Part shown: one piece after another, positions 19,265 to 28,389 of the stretch | Numbering within the stretch: the stretch's first letter is position 1 | Layout of the letters: every line of letters begins with the position of its first letter | From: an uncultured Chloroflexia bacterium | GTDB lineage: Bacteria > Chloroflexota > Limnocylindria > Limnocylindrales > CSP1-4 | Reading direction: 5' to 3' | Assembly (NCBI GenBank): GCA_963850035.1 | Contig: CAWKJP010000008.1 | Location: forward strand, 66,251-130,250 | Length of the DNA: 64,000 nt | Translations under genes and position numbers: made by a program | The notes under the pieces: model-generated | What the model saw: the letters and a program-made list of their open reading frames with translations, nothing else | What the model was told of the DNA's origin: nothing | Databases searched by the model: none

Positions 19265-19713
19265 TCGATCCTCCTTGGCATGCGCCTGCCGTGCCGCTCG
19301 CGGCGCTCCCGCTGCGAAGTTCGCTCCTGTCCATCGTGCGCGATCTTCCCGTCCCCGCGCTTGACGTGCCTGCACCCAGGCGAACCCTCCGGCTTCGCGT
19401 CTTCAGGAACACCGGCCTCACGGCGCCCGAGTGCCCGGGGCGGACGCCCGTCTACACCGCGCACGCGATCGCCGCACGCGGCTTCGACGACAAGGCCGGC
19501 TGATCGATCCGCTCCCCTCGACCTCCCAGCCTGATCCCGCTCCGACGAGGCGCCGTCGGCCTGGCATCCGCGAGCGCATCCCCCGAATGGGGGACCCCAT
19601 CCTCCGATCACCCGGCTGCTGGATGACGTGGCGGCCGATGGTCCGCGCGGACCCCGCGACCGACACTCCGAGCAGGTCCGGAACAGAACACCGGCCACTC
19701 GGAGACAACGCAC

Positions 19714-20664
19714 ATGATCCTCGCACCACTCGCAGGCAACGCACCGGTCGCGGCGGCGCCTGCACTCGATCTGACCGCGGCCCCCGTCGTCGAGCTGCGC
19801 GGCGCCACCAAGCGCTACGGCGCGATCGGGGCCCTTTGCGGGATCGACCTCGTCATCCAGCCCGGGGAGATCACTGCGATCCTGGGGCCGAACGGCGCCG
19901 GCAAGACCACGGCGCTCTCCCTCATCCTTGGCCTGCGCCGGCCGACCGGTGGCACCGTGCGGCTGATGGGGCTGCCGCCCGAGCACCCGGCGGCGCGCGC
20001 CCGTGTCGGCGCCATGCTCCAGGAGTCGGGCGTTCCCCCGATGCTGACCGTTGCCGAGCTGGTCGAGCTGTTTTCCAGCTACTACCCGCATCCGCGGCCG
20101 GCAACCGAGGTGATCGCGGCCGCCGGCCTGGCCGGCCTGGAAGGACGCCGGGCCGGCCGGCTCTCGGGCGGGCAGCGGCAGCGCCTGTTCTTTGCCCTCG
20201 CGCTCTGCGGCGACCCCGAGCTCGTGGTCCTGGACGAGCCCACCACCGGGCTCGACGTCGAAAGCCGGCACCATTTCTGGGCCGTGATCACGGAGCTGGC
20301 GCGGCACGGCACCACGGTGCTCTTCGCCACGCACCTCCTGGAGGAGGCCGACGCGCTCGCCACCCGCATCGTCGTGATCAATCACGGCCGGATCGTGCGC
20401 GACGGAACGCCGGCGCAGGTCAAGGCACAGGCCGGCGGCAAGACGATCCGCGTGCGGGCCGACCTCGATCCAGCCGACGTCGGCCGTTGGCCCGGCGTGA
20501 TCCGCGTCGAGCGGACCGGGTCGCGCCTGGAGATCGTGGCCGTCGACGCCGAAGCCGTCCTGGGCCGGCTGTTCAGCGGCGCAACCCATGTCGAAGAGGT
20601 CACCGTGGAAGAGCGGGCGCTGGAGACCGCGTTCCTCGACCTCGTGAAGGAGAACGAGTCATGA
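19714..20664 (+). CDS. ABC transporter ATP-binding protein
   Basis: GPNGAGKTT (Walker A), LSGGQRQRL (signature), LVVLDEPTTGLD (Walker B). Confidence 0.9.
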   Translation: MILAPLAGNAPVAAAPALDLTAAPVVELRGATKRYGAIGALCGIDLVIQPGEITAILGPNGAGKTTALSLILGLRRPTGGTVRLMGLPPEHPAARARVGAMLQESGVPPMLTVAELVELFSSYYPHPRPATEVIAAAGLAGLEGRRAGRLSGGQRQRLFFALALCGDPELVVLDEPTTGLDVESRHHFWAVITELARHGTTVLFATHLLEEADALATRIVVINHGRIVRDGTPAQVKAQAGGKTIRVRADLDPADVGRWPGVIRVERTGSRLEIVAVDAEAVLGRLFSGATHVEEVTVEERALETAFLDLVKENES

Positions 20665-21467
20665 GCACCCTGACCATTGCCACCCTGGCCCGACCCGGCA
20701 TCGAGCGCGCGACCCTGCGGTCATTCAGGCTGCAGGCTGCCGCCGAGCTGCGCCGCCACCTCCGCGCACCCGATTTCGCGATGGCTGCCATCGCCCTGCC
20801 GCTCTTCTTCTACACGATCGTCGGCATCTCCCGGGCGGCCGAGCCCGTGACCGGCGGTGGCACCGTGGGGGGATACCTCGTCGTCGTCTTCGGCATCTTC
20901 GGTGTGCTCAGCGTCTCGCTTTCCGGGATCGGCCACACGATCGCCGACGAGCGGGCACGCGGCGACCTGCGGCTCATGCGCGTCACGCCACTTCCCGCTG
21001 CCGCCTACATCGCGGCGAAGCTCGTCTTCGTCCTCCTCGCCTCCATCGCGATCATCCTTCTGCTCGGGATCGAGGGCGCGGTGACCGGCGCACGGCTGCC
21101 GCTCGACACATGGCTTGCCACTGCGGGGCTCCTCCTCGCCGGCTCGCTCGCGCTCGCCCCGATCGGCTTCCTCGTCGGCTTCCTGGTTCGGCCGAACAGC
21201 GCCGGCGCGGTCAATCTCCTCATCCTCATGCCGCTCTCGCTCACCGCCGGCGTCTTCATGGACGTCACTGCTCTCCCGTCCGCGGTCCAGCGGGTCGCCG
21301 AGCTCACCCCGACGTATCACCTGTCCATGCTGGCGCAGTCGATGACAGGGCTGCCTGTCGGGGCACAGCCCATCGTCGACCTCGCCTGGATCATCGGCTG
21401 GGGCATCGCGTCCGCGGTCGCCGCGCTCCTCGTGTACCGGCGGTTCGTGGGAAGGCAGTTCGCGTAG
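20661..21467 (+). CDS. ABC-2 type transporter permease
   Basis: ATGA overlap with the ATPase stop. Six predicted TM helices: MSTLTIATLARPGIERATLRSFRLQAAAELRRHLR...LMRVTPLPAAAYIAAKL... Confidence 0.85.
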   Translation: MSTLTIATLARPGIERATLRSFRLQAAAELRRHLRAPDFAMAAIALPLFFYTIVGISRAAEPVTGGGTVGGYLVVVFGIFGVLSVSLSGIGHTIADERARGDLRLMRVTPLPAAAYIAAKLVFVLLASIAIILLLGIEGAVTGARLPLDTWLATAGLLLAGSLALAPIGFLVGFLVRPNSAGAVNLLILMPLSLTAGVFMDVTALPSAVQRVAELTPTYHLSMLAQSMTGLPVGAQPIVDLAWIIGWGIASAVAALLVYRRFVGRQFA

Positions 21468-21558
21468 GTCACCCGGTGTCTACGATGGTGCGGATGAGCG
21501 TGGTCGAGCCGCGCGAACGCAGCAGACGGCTTCGATCACCGCCCCGGGAGACGCGGCG

Positions 21559-22805
21559 GTGATCGGTGCGCCGTCGGATGTCTGGGTTCGCAGCCTGCCG
21601 CTGTGGCACGCCTGGAACATCGCGACGATCGTCGTCGCGACGGCGCTTGCGCTGACCTCCCGGACCATGACCGCCGAGGCGACTGTCGCCGCCCTCGCGC
21701 TGGCGGGCGTGGTGCTCCTCCTCTACCTTGCGATGTTCATGCGCCATCCTCGCGCGTGGGGCTGGTGGTTCGGCTTCGGTGTGCCATACGCCGCGGCCGT
21801 CACGCTCGTGCTTCGGCATCCTGCTCCAGCTGAGCTCGTACTTCGCCTACCTCGAGTTCACGCTCTACCCGCAGATCTTCTTCCTGCTCTACGCGAGGCG
21901 CTCCGCCGTGCTCGTCGGCGCGTGCGGCCTCGCGATCGCGCTCGTCGCTCGCCGAGCTCGCCGCCTCCGGGTGGCGGCTCGACGGTCGCCGCACCGCACG
22001 TGCGTCTGCGGATCTCGTGCAGATCGCCTTCGCGCTCGGCATCTCGCTCTGGCTCGGGGCGATCGCGCCGCCAGAGCCTCGAGCGGCGGCTCCTCATCGC
22101 GGAGCTCGAACGGACGCGGCGCGAGCTCGCGGCCGTCGAACGTGCGGCCGGGCGTTCTCGAGGAGCGCAGCCGGCTGGCGCGCGAGATCCACGACACGCT
22201 CGCCCAGGGATTTGCCAGCGTCGTGGCACACCTCGAAGCTGCCCGGGGTTCCCTCGGGCAGGACCAGGAGCGCGTCGAGCGACACATGGTGGAAGCCGAG
22301 GAGGTGGCGCGGCTCAGCCTCGCGGACGCACGCGGGCTGGCGTGGGCGCTGCGACCCGAGGCGCTCGCCGGCGGCGGGCTTCCGGGCGCGATCGAGCGCG
22401 TCGCCGCGGTCGCTGCCCAAGGGCGGCCCGGCCACCGATGTCACCGTCACCGGGACCGTGCGCGCCCTCCATCCCGACGTGGAGGTCACGCTGCTTCGCG
22501 CGACGCAGGAGGCGCTCGCGAACGTCCGCCGCCATGCGGCGGCCGACCACGTCACCGTCACGCTCTCCTACTTCCCCGACGAGGTCACCCTCGACGTGGC
22601 GGACGACGGGCGCGGCTTCGACCCGGCCGCGCACGCGCCCGGGCCCGCCGGCGGCCTCGGTCTCATCGGCATCCACGAGCGGGCGGCGGCGCTGGGCGGC
22701 AGTGTCGCGGTGGAGAGCGCGCCCGGCGAAGGCACGATGATCGGGGTGAGCCTCCCCGCTCCGTCTTCCGCGCCCGAGCCCGTTCGGGAGCGGATGGCAC
22801 CGTGA
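21559..22805 (+). pseudogene. NarL/DesK-type (HisKA_3) sensor histidine kinase, disrupted by five +1 frame changes
   Basis: Pieces in rotating frames. TM region (WHAWNIATIVV..., FGILLQLSSYFAYLEFTLYPQIFFLL, LVQIAFALGISLWLGAI). QSLERRLLIAELERTRRELAAVERAAG. VLEERSRLAREIHDTLAQGF (H-box). TLLRATQEALANVRRHA...DDGRGF...GLGLIGIHERAAALGG (HATPase). Shifts near 21812, 21947, 22068, 22153 and 22415-22424. Confidence 0.8.
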
Positions 22806-23464
22806 CCGGCATCCGCCTGCTCATCGTCGACGACCACCCCGTCGTGCGGACCGGCCTGCGTGGCATGTTCGAGACCGATCCCGGCTTCTCGGTCGTGGGC
22901 GAGGCCGCGGACGGGGCGCAGGCGATCGAGCAGGTGCAGGCGACCCGGCCCGACCTCGTGCTGATGGACCTCCAGATGCCCGTCCTTGATGGCGTGGCCG
23001 CCACCGCACGAATCCGTTCGCTGCCCAACCCGCCGCCCGTCCTCGTGCTGACGACCTACGACTCCGACAACCAGATCCTGCGAGCCATCGAGGCTGGCGC
23101 GGCCGGCTACCTCCTGAAGGACACGCCAAGGGAGACGTTGTTCGCCGCCGTCCGGAGCGCGGTCGCGGGCGGGTCGCCCCTTGCTCCGTCGGTCGCGGCT
23201 CGCCTCATGCATCGCCTCGTGCCCGGCCCGAGCGCTGGGGGCGATGCGCTGTCGGGACGCGAGCTCGAGGTCGTGGCCCTGGTCGCTCGGGGCGCGTCCA
23301 ACAAGGAGATCGCGCACACGTTACGGATCAGCGAGGCGACCATCAAGACGCACCTCGCCCACATCTTCGAGAAGCTCGGCGTCACCGACCGGACCTCGGC
23401 CGTAACGCGGGCGATCGAGCAGGGGATGATCGAGCTCCCGAGGGCGCCGGGCGCCGGCGGCTGA
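22802..23464 (+). CDS. NarL/LuxR-family response regulator
   Basis: IRLLIVDDHPVVRTGL...PDLVLMDLQMPVLDG is the receiver domain. LSGRELEVVALVARGASNKEIAHTLRISEATIKTHLAHIFEKLGV is the LuxR HTH. GTGA overlap with the kinase stop. Confidence 0.9.
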   Translation: MTGIRLLIVDDHPVVRTGLRGMFETDPGFSVVGEAADGAQAIEQVQATRPDLVLMDLQMPVLDGVAATARIRSLPNPPPVLVLTTYDSDNQILRAIEAGAAGYLLKDTPRETLFAAVRSAVAGGSPLAPSVAARLMHRLVPGPSAGGDALSGRELEVVALVARGASNKEIAHTLRISEATIKTHLAHIFEKLGVTDRTSAVTRAIEQGMIELPRAPGAGG

Positions 23465-23528
23465 CCGAACCGCGGTCCGCGTCCGACACGCCGATCGTGA
23501 ACCACCGGCTGGAGATCGGTACCCTAGG

Positions 23529-26256
23529 GTGCCGATGGCCCCGCCCAAGGATGCCGCCACTCCGGACTCCCGAGCCGCGCCTGGCGAGGGTGCGCTTCGG
23601 GACCCGCTCGTCTCGACCAAGCTCCGGGCTCCGGCCACGGTGGGGGCCCACGCTGAGCGTCCACGCCTCAGCGCCATGCTCGATCGTGGACTCGAGGACA
23701 GCGCCCGGCTGACCCTGCTGTCGGCCCCGCCGGGCTACGGAAAGACGGTCGCCGTGACCGGCTGGCTCGCGTCGCGCGGTCCGGCGTTCGCCTGGCTCTC
23801 GCTGGACCCGGCCGACAACGACCTCTCCCGTTTCGCCCGGTACCTCGCCGCGGCCCTGGGCGCGGTCCGGCCGTCTGCCGCCGATGCGACCGGGGGTCTC
23901 TTCGGTCCCGGGTCGACCCCGAGCCCTGAGCTCGTCGGTGCCTCGCTCATCGAGGCGCTGACCGAGACCGACGACCCGTTCGTCCTCGTGGTCGACGACT
24001 ACCAGCTCGTCACTGCCGAGCCGGTCCATCGTCTCATCCGCTTCCTCATCGAGCGGGGCCCGCCCTTCGTTCACCTCGTACTGCTGACCCGCGAGGATCC
24101 TCCCGTGCCGCTGGCGCGGCTGCGGGCCCACGGACGGCTCGTCGAGCTGCGCGTGGACGACCTGCGTTGGAGGGCGGACGAAGCCTCGGCGTACCTCGGC
24201 TGCCTGGGCGTCCCGCTCGCGCACCCGCTCGTCGAGCGCCTCGTCGAGCAGACCGAGGGCTGGATCGCCGGCATCCAGCTCGCCGCGATCGCGCTGCGCG
24301 ACCGGCCGGACCCGGCGGCGATGATCGAGACGTTCGGGGGCAGCCAGCGGTTCGTCTTCGACTACCTCGCCGACGAGGCCCTGGGCGGGGTCGAAGACGA
24401 CCTCCGGGCGTTCCTGATCCGGACCTCGATCGCGGAGCGCTTCACGGGCGACCTGTGCCGCGAGCTCACGGGTCGCACCGATGCCGACGCCCTCCTCGAG
24501 CGAGCCGAACGGGCGAACCTCTTCATCGTCCCGCTCGATGCCGAGCGGCGCTGGTATCGCTACCACCGCCTGTTCGCGGACTACCTCCGCTCGCAGGTCG
24601 AGGAGGACGAGCGGCGCGCGCTCCACGAGCGCGCTGCCGGCTGGTTCGAGCGGACGGGCTTCGTGCCCGACGCGATCGACCATGCACTCGCGGCGGGCTC
24701 GCTCGACCGCGCGACCCGCCTCGTCGAGCGCGCCGCACAACCGGCCTTCGAGGCAGGCGAGCTCGCGACGCTGCTCGGCTGGCTCGAGGCCCTGCCTCCC
24801 GGCCGGGTCGCGGCGAGCTGCCGAGCTCACTGCCCTGCATGCGTGGGCGCTCTTCGAGACGGGCCAGATGGGCGCAGCCGTCGCCCTCGCCGAGCGCCAT
24901 CTCGCCTCGTCCGACGCGCGCGGGCCGGCCGAGGGACGGCTGCTGGTCCTGCGGGCGCTCATGGCGACCGTGACCGGGCCGGACGCCGACCGCCTGGCGC
25001 TCGAGGGGCTCGGACTGCTGGGCGACGACCCGCTGTTCAGTTCTCTCGGGCTCCTGGCCGCGGGACTCGCGGCGCTCGCGCGCGGGGAATACGTGGCGGC
25101 CGTCGAGACCCTGCGGACGGGGTACGAAACGGCGCTCGTGACGGGAAACCCGAATGCCGTCCTGATGGCGGTCAATCCCCTCGGCCAGGCGCTTGCCCTG
25201 GCTGGCTTCCGCGGGGAGGCGGAGGCGATCTGCCGTGCTGTGCTTGCCCAGCAGGCGGATGGGCACGGGAAGCCGCGGTTGGTCGCCTGGCCCGCCCGGG
25301 TGGTGCTCGGCATCAGCTGCTACGAGGCGAATGACCTCATCGAGGCGCGTCGCGAGCTCGAGGCGGGATTCGAGGCCGCGCGTCGAATGGGTATCGGCCG
25401 ACCCGTGCTCGGCTGGGCGATCTCGTACCTCGCCCTGGTTCGCCTCGCCTGCGGGGATCGGGACGCCGCGTTCGAGGCGCTCCGCACCAGCCCGCGCGAC
25501 CTTCGGTCGACCGGCATGGCGCTCCCCGGGGTCGCCGGCGAGGTCGAGGCCAGGATTTTCCTGCGGACGGGCGATGTCGCCGGGGCGGGACAGTGGGCGG
25601 ACCGGGCGTCGCCGGAGGCACCACCCGGCTCACCCCTCCTCGAGCTCCTGCGCCGCTCGATGGACACGACGATCGCGCGGGTCCGCCTGGCACAGGACAG
25701 GCCAGACGAGGCTCGGGAGCTCCTCGCTCGTACCAGGGCCGCTCAGGAAGCGTCCGGCGCGATCGCCGACCTGATCTCGATCGGCGTCCTGCAGGCTGCG
25801 TGCGCGGACGCCCGCGGTCAGCGGGCGGAGGCGCTGGCGGCGCTCAGGCAGGCGGTCGAGCTCGCCGCTCCGGGCGGCTACGTCCGGCGGTTCGTCGACG
25901 ACGGTCGACGTGTCGCGCACCTGCTGCCCGCTGTCCGGGCGACAGCGCCGGCGTTCGTGGACACGCTGATCGGCGCCCTCGCCGGTGAGCCGACCGAGGC
26001 GAGCGCGCCGCGACCAGCCCTCTCGGGGGCCTCGATCTGGCAGGACGCGGATGGGCGGCTGCTCGAGGCGCTGACCGCCCGCGAGCTCGATGTCCTGCGG
26101 CTGATGGCCCAGGGCGCGAGCAACGCGGAGATCGCAGCGGGATTGACGGTCTCGATCGGCACGGCGAAATGGCACGTCGGCCACGTCCTCGCCAAGCTCG
26201 GCGCGACGAGCCGAACCCAGGCGCTCCTGCGCGCCCAGCACGCCGGGCTCGTCTGA
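23529..26256 (+). pseudogene. MalT-like ATP-dependent LuxR-family regulator with one +1 frame change
   Basis: TKLRAP...LTLLSAPPGYGKT...WLSLDPADND...EGWIAGIQLAAIAL...YRYHRLFADYL in the frame from 23529. Continues in the frame of ORF 24481..26256 from about 24819 (AELTALHAWALFETG...). C-terminal LTARELDVLRLMAQGASNAEIAAGLTVSIGTAKWHVGHVLAKLG is the HTH. Confidence 0.8.
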
Positions 26257-26373
26257 GGCTGCGGCCGCCGGTCCTCCGCGCCTGATCCCACCCCTTCGGG
26301 AGGGGCATCGCTCGCCAAAAGACCGGCCTTTCGCAAGGCGTATTCGCGACGCGCGGGCCCGAACATCGGGGCC

Positions 26374-26646
26374 ATGGACCGCTACGAGATCCGCGTCGCC
26401 GGCCACCTCGACCAGCGACGCGCTCGCTTCCTTGGCTGCGAAGCGACGCGGCTGCTGCCGAACGGCAACTCCCTGCTGACCTTCATGGCCGTCGACCAGG
26501 CCGCCCTGTACGGGCTGCTGACCAGGTTGCGGGACGCGGGCCTCGGGCTCGTCGCGGCCGAGCGCATCCCCAGCCCGGCGAAGGCGCCGACCGCCGGCGC
26601 AGGCGCGACCGAACCACCGAAGGAGGATCCCGATGCTGCAGGTTAA
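26374..26646 (+). CDS. small hypothetical protein (90 aa)
   Basis: MDRYEIRVAGHLDQRRARFLGCEATRLLPNGNSLLTFMAVDQAALYGLLTRLRDAGLGLVAAERI. Resembles a recurrent actinobacterial small-protein pattern as far as I recall; no function known to me. Confidence 0.6.
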   Translation: MDRYEIRVAGHLDQRRARFLGCEATRLLPNGNSLLTFMAVDQAALYGLLTRLRDAGLGLVAAERIPSPAKAPTAGAGATEPPKEDPDAAG

Positions 26647-27100
26647 CGATCCGATGGCTGCGAAGGTGCGCGAGCCCGGGCCTCGGCTGCCTCGGCCATA
26701 CGTGCCGTCCCGGTTCTTCATGAGCCACGTGGTGAACCCGATCACCCTCCTGCTCGGCGGCCCGACCCTCATCGTTCGCGGCCGGCGCACCGGCCGCCCG
26801 ATCCGGACGCCGGTCCCGACGCTCGAGGTCGAAGGCGCCCGCTACCTCGTCTCGGGCGGCGGCGAGACTCACTGGGTCCGCAACCTGCGGGCCGCTGGCG
26901 AGGGCGAGCTCCGGCGGGGCCGGACGCACGAGCCGTTCCGGGCCGTCGAGATCGGCGGCGAGGAGCACGACCGGGTCGTTGCCGCCTACCGCGAGCACAT
27001 GGGCTGGCGGGCCCGCGAATTCTTCACCGCGCTGCCGGATCCGGCCGACCACCCCGTCTTCCGGATCGAGCCGTCCGGGTCGGTCCCGGGCGACCGGTAG
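26633..27100 (+). CDS. deazaflavin(F420)-dependent nitroreductase-family protein (DUF385-like)
   Basis: VNPITLLLGGPTLIVRGRRTGRPIRTPV...EGARYLVSGGGETHWVRNLRAAGEGELRRG...EEHDRVVAAY. AAGGAGGA 6 nt upstream of the ATG at 26633. Confidence 0.8.
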   Translation: MLQVNDPMAAKVREPGPRLPRPYVPSRFFMSHVVNPITLLLGGPTLIVRGRRTGRPIRTPVPTLEVEGARYLVSGGGETHWVRNLRAAGEGELRRGRTHEPFRAVEIGGEEHDRVVAAYREHMGWRAREFFTALPDPADHPVFRIEPSGSVPGDR

Positions 27101-27131
27101 AAGCCCCAGCACGGACGAAAAGGAGTCAACG

Positions 27132-27566
27132 ATGTCTGATCAGACGGTCAAGCTCATCATCACCGGGGCGCTCGCAGTGCATGGCCTCGGCCACGGTGGG
27201 GCCGTGGCGGCGCTCGCCTGGATCGCAGCGCGGCCGGGTACCGACACGGGGGCATGGCGAGCCGCCCATTCCTGGCTCGTCCCAGGGCTCTCGGCCGAGA
27301 CCGCCGCGGCACTCGCGAGCGCATTCTGGATCGCGTCGATGATCGGGTTCGTGGCCGCGGCGCTCGGGTTCTCGGGGATCCTGGTCCCCGTCGACGCCTG
27401 GCGGCCGCTGGCGGCAGTGACCGCGATCGTCTCGATGGTCGGGATCCTGCTGTTCATCGGCACCTGGCCCGCGTTCAACACCGTGGCCGCGCTGGGCATG
27501 AACGTCGCGGTGCTCGTCGCGCTGCTCGGGATGCGCTGGCCGCCCGAGACGATGTTCGGACGGTAG
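27132..27566 (+). CDS. hypothetical membrane protein
   Basis: MSDQTVKLIITGALAVHGLGHGG... with 4 hydrophobic segments. AAAGGAG upstream of the ATG at 27132. Confidence 0.65.
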   Translation: MSDQTVKLIITGALAVHGLGHGGAVAALAWIAARPGTDTGAWRAAHSWLVPGLSAETAAALASAFWIASMIGFVAAALGFSGILVPVDAWRPLAAVTAIVSMVGILLFIGTWPAFNTVAALGMNVAVLVALLGMRWPPETMFGR

Positions 27567-27575
27567 GCGCGCACG

Positions 27576-28361
27576 ATGTACACGCTGTCGCTCACGCGCG
27601 ATCTCGCGCTCGCCGCTCGGACATCGCTACCGGGGGCCTCCGACGTGACCACATCCGCCTCCGGCGGGGGCAGCGCGCTCCGGCTCGGATCCTGGGTCGC
27701 ATTCCTGACGGCCGTCCTCGCCGGGGTCTTCGCGGTGGCCGGCATCTCGACCCCGCCCCGCAGCGGTCCCTTCTGCGTGGACGCGTGCGTCGCGTACCCG
27801 TATGCCGACGTGGCCCAATACATCCCGGGCGACTACCTCTGGCTCCTGCCCGGGATCCTGCTGGCGCCAGCGTTCGTCGTCCTCATGGCGTGCGTCCACG
27901 GCCACGCTGCGGAGCCCAGGCGGATCTACAGCCGCATCGGCCTGGCGTTCGCCCTCGTCTACGCGGTGGTGATCCTGGTGGACTACTCCCTGCAGCTCGG
28001 CGTGGTCGCGCCGAGCCTCCGGGCCGGCGAGACCGAGGGTCTTGCCCTGTTCACGCAGTACGACCCGCACGGGTTCTTCATCGCCCTGGAGGCGCTCGCC
28101 TACTCGATGCTGATGGTCGCGCTCCTGTTCGCGGCTCCCGTCTTCGCGGGTCGTGGAGCCGAGCGCGCAGTCCGCGGGCTGTTCACGGTGGGCTTCGTGC
28201 TGGCGGTCGCTGCGTTCGTCGGGCTTGCCCTGCTCCACGGCGACCTGGTCGCCTTCGAGGTGACCGTCCTGATGATCGTCTGGATCGAGCTGACGGCGTC
28301 CGGCGTGCTCCTCGGCGTCCTGTTCAGACGAGCGGGGCGGCCAACGCGAGTCCCGAGCTGA
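27576..28361 (+). CDS. hypothetical polytopic membrane protein
   Basis: 261 aa with multiple TM helices (GSWVAFLTAVLAGVFAVAG, YLWLLPGILLAPAFVVLMA, IGLAFALVYAVVILV...). No family recognised. Confidence 0.65.
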   Translation: MYTLSLTRDLALAARTSLPGASDVTTSASGGGSALRLGSWVAFLTAVLAGVFAVAGISTPPRSGPFCVDACVAYPYADVAQYIPGDYLWLLPGILLAPAFVVLMACVHGHAAEPRRIYSRIGLAFALVYAVVILVDYSLQLGVVAPSLRAGETEGLALFTQYDPHGFFIALEALAYSMLMVALLFAAPVFAGRGAERAVRGLFTVGFVLAVAAFVGLALLHGDLVAFEVTVLMIVWIELTASGVLLGVLFRRAGRPTRVPS

Positions 28362-28389
28362 GCGGGAGTCGCCCGCCGGGCCCGCTCGG

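Noticed and set aside
19431-20660. N-terminal 410 codons of the 678-aa ORF 19431..21467
   Set aside because: Out-of-frame overlap with the ABC ATPase gene. The real permease begins at the ATG at 20661 (ATGA coupling).
21485-21562. Short ORF MVRMSVVEPRERSRRLRSPPRETRR as a sixth displaced N-terminal piece of the kinase
   Set aside because: Joining it would require a shift in the opposite direction to all others, and it carries no kinase-like features.
21559-22805. Programmed ribosomal frameshifting as an explanation for the kinase frame changes
   Set aside because: Five shifts in one gene, no shared slippery heptamer or downstream structure at the sites, and similar single shifts in unrelated genes. 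Indels (real or artefactual) are far more likely.
23382-25313. 643-aa minus-strand ORF
   Set aside because: Antisense shadow of the MalT-like regulator; low-complexity composition.
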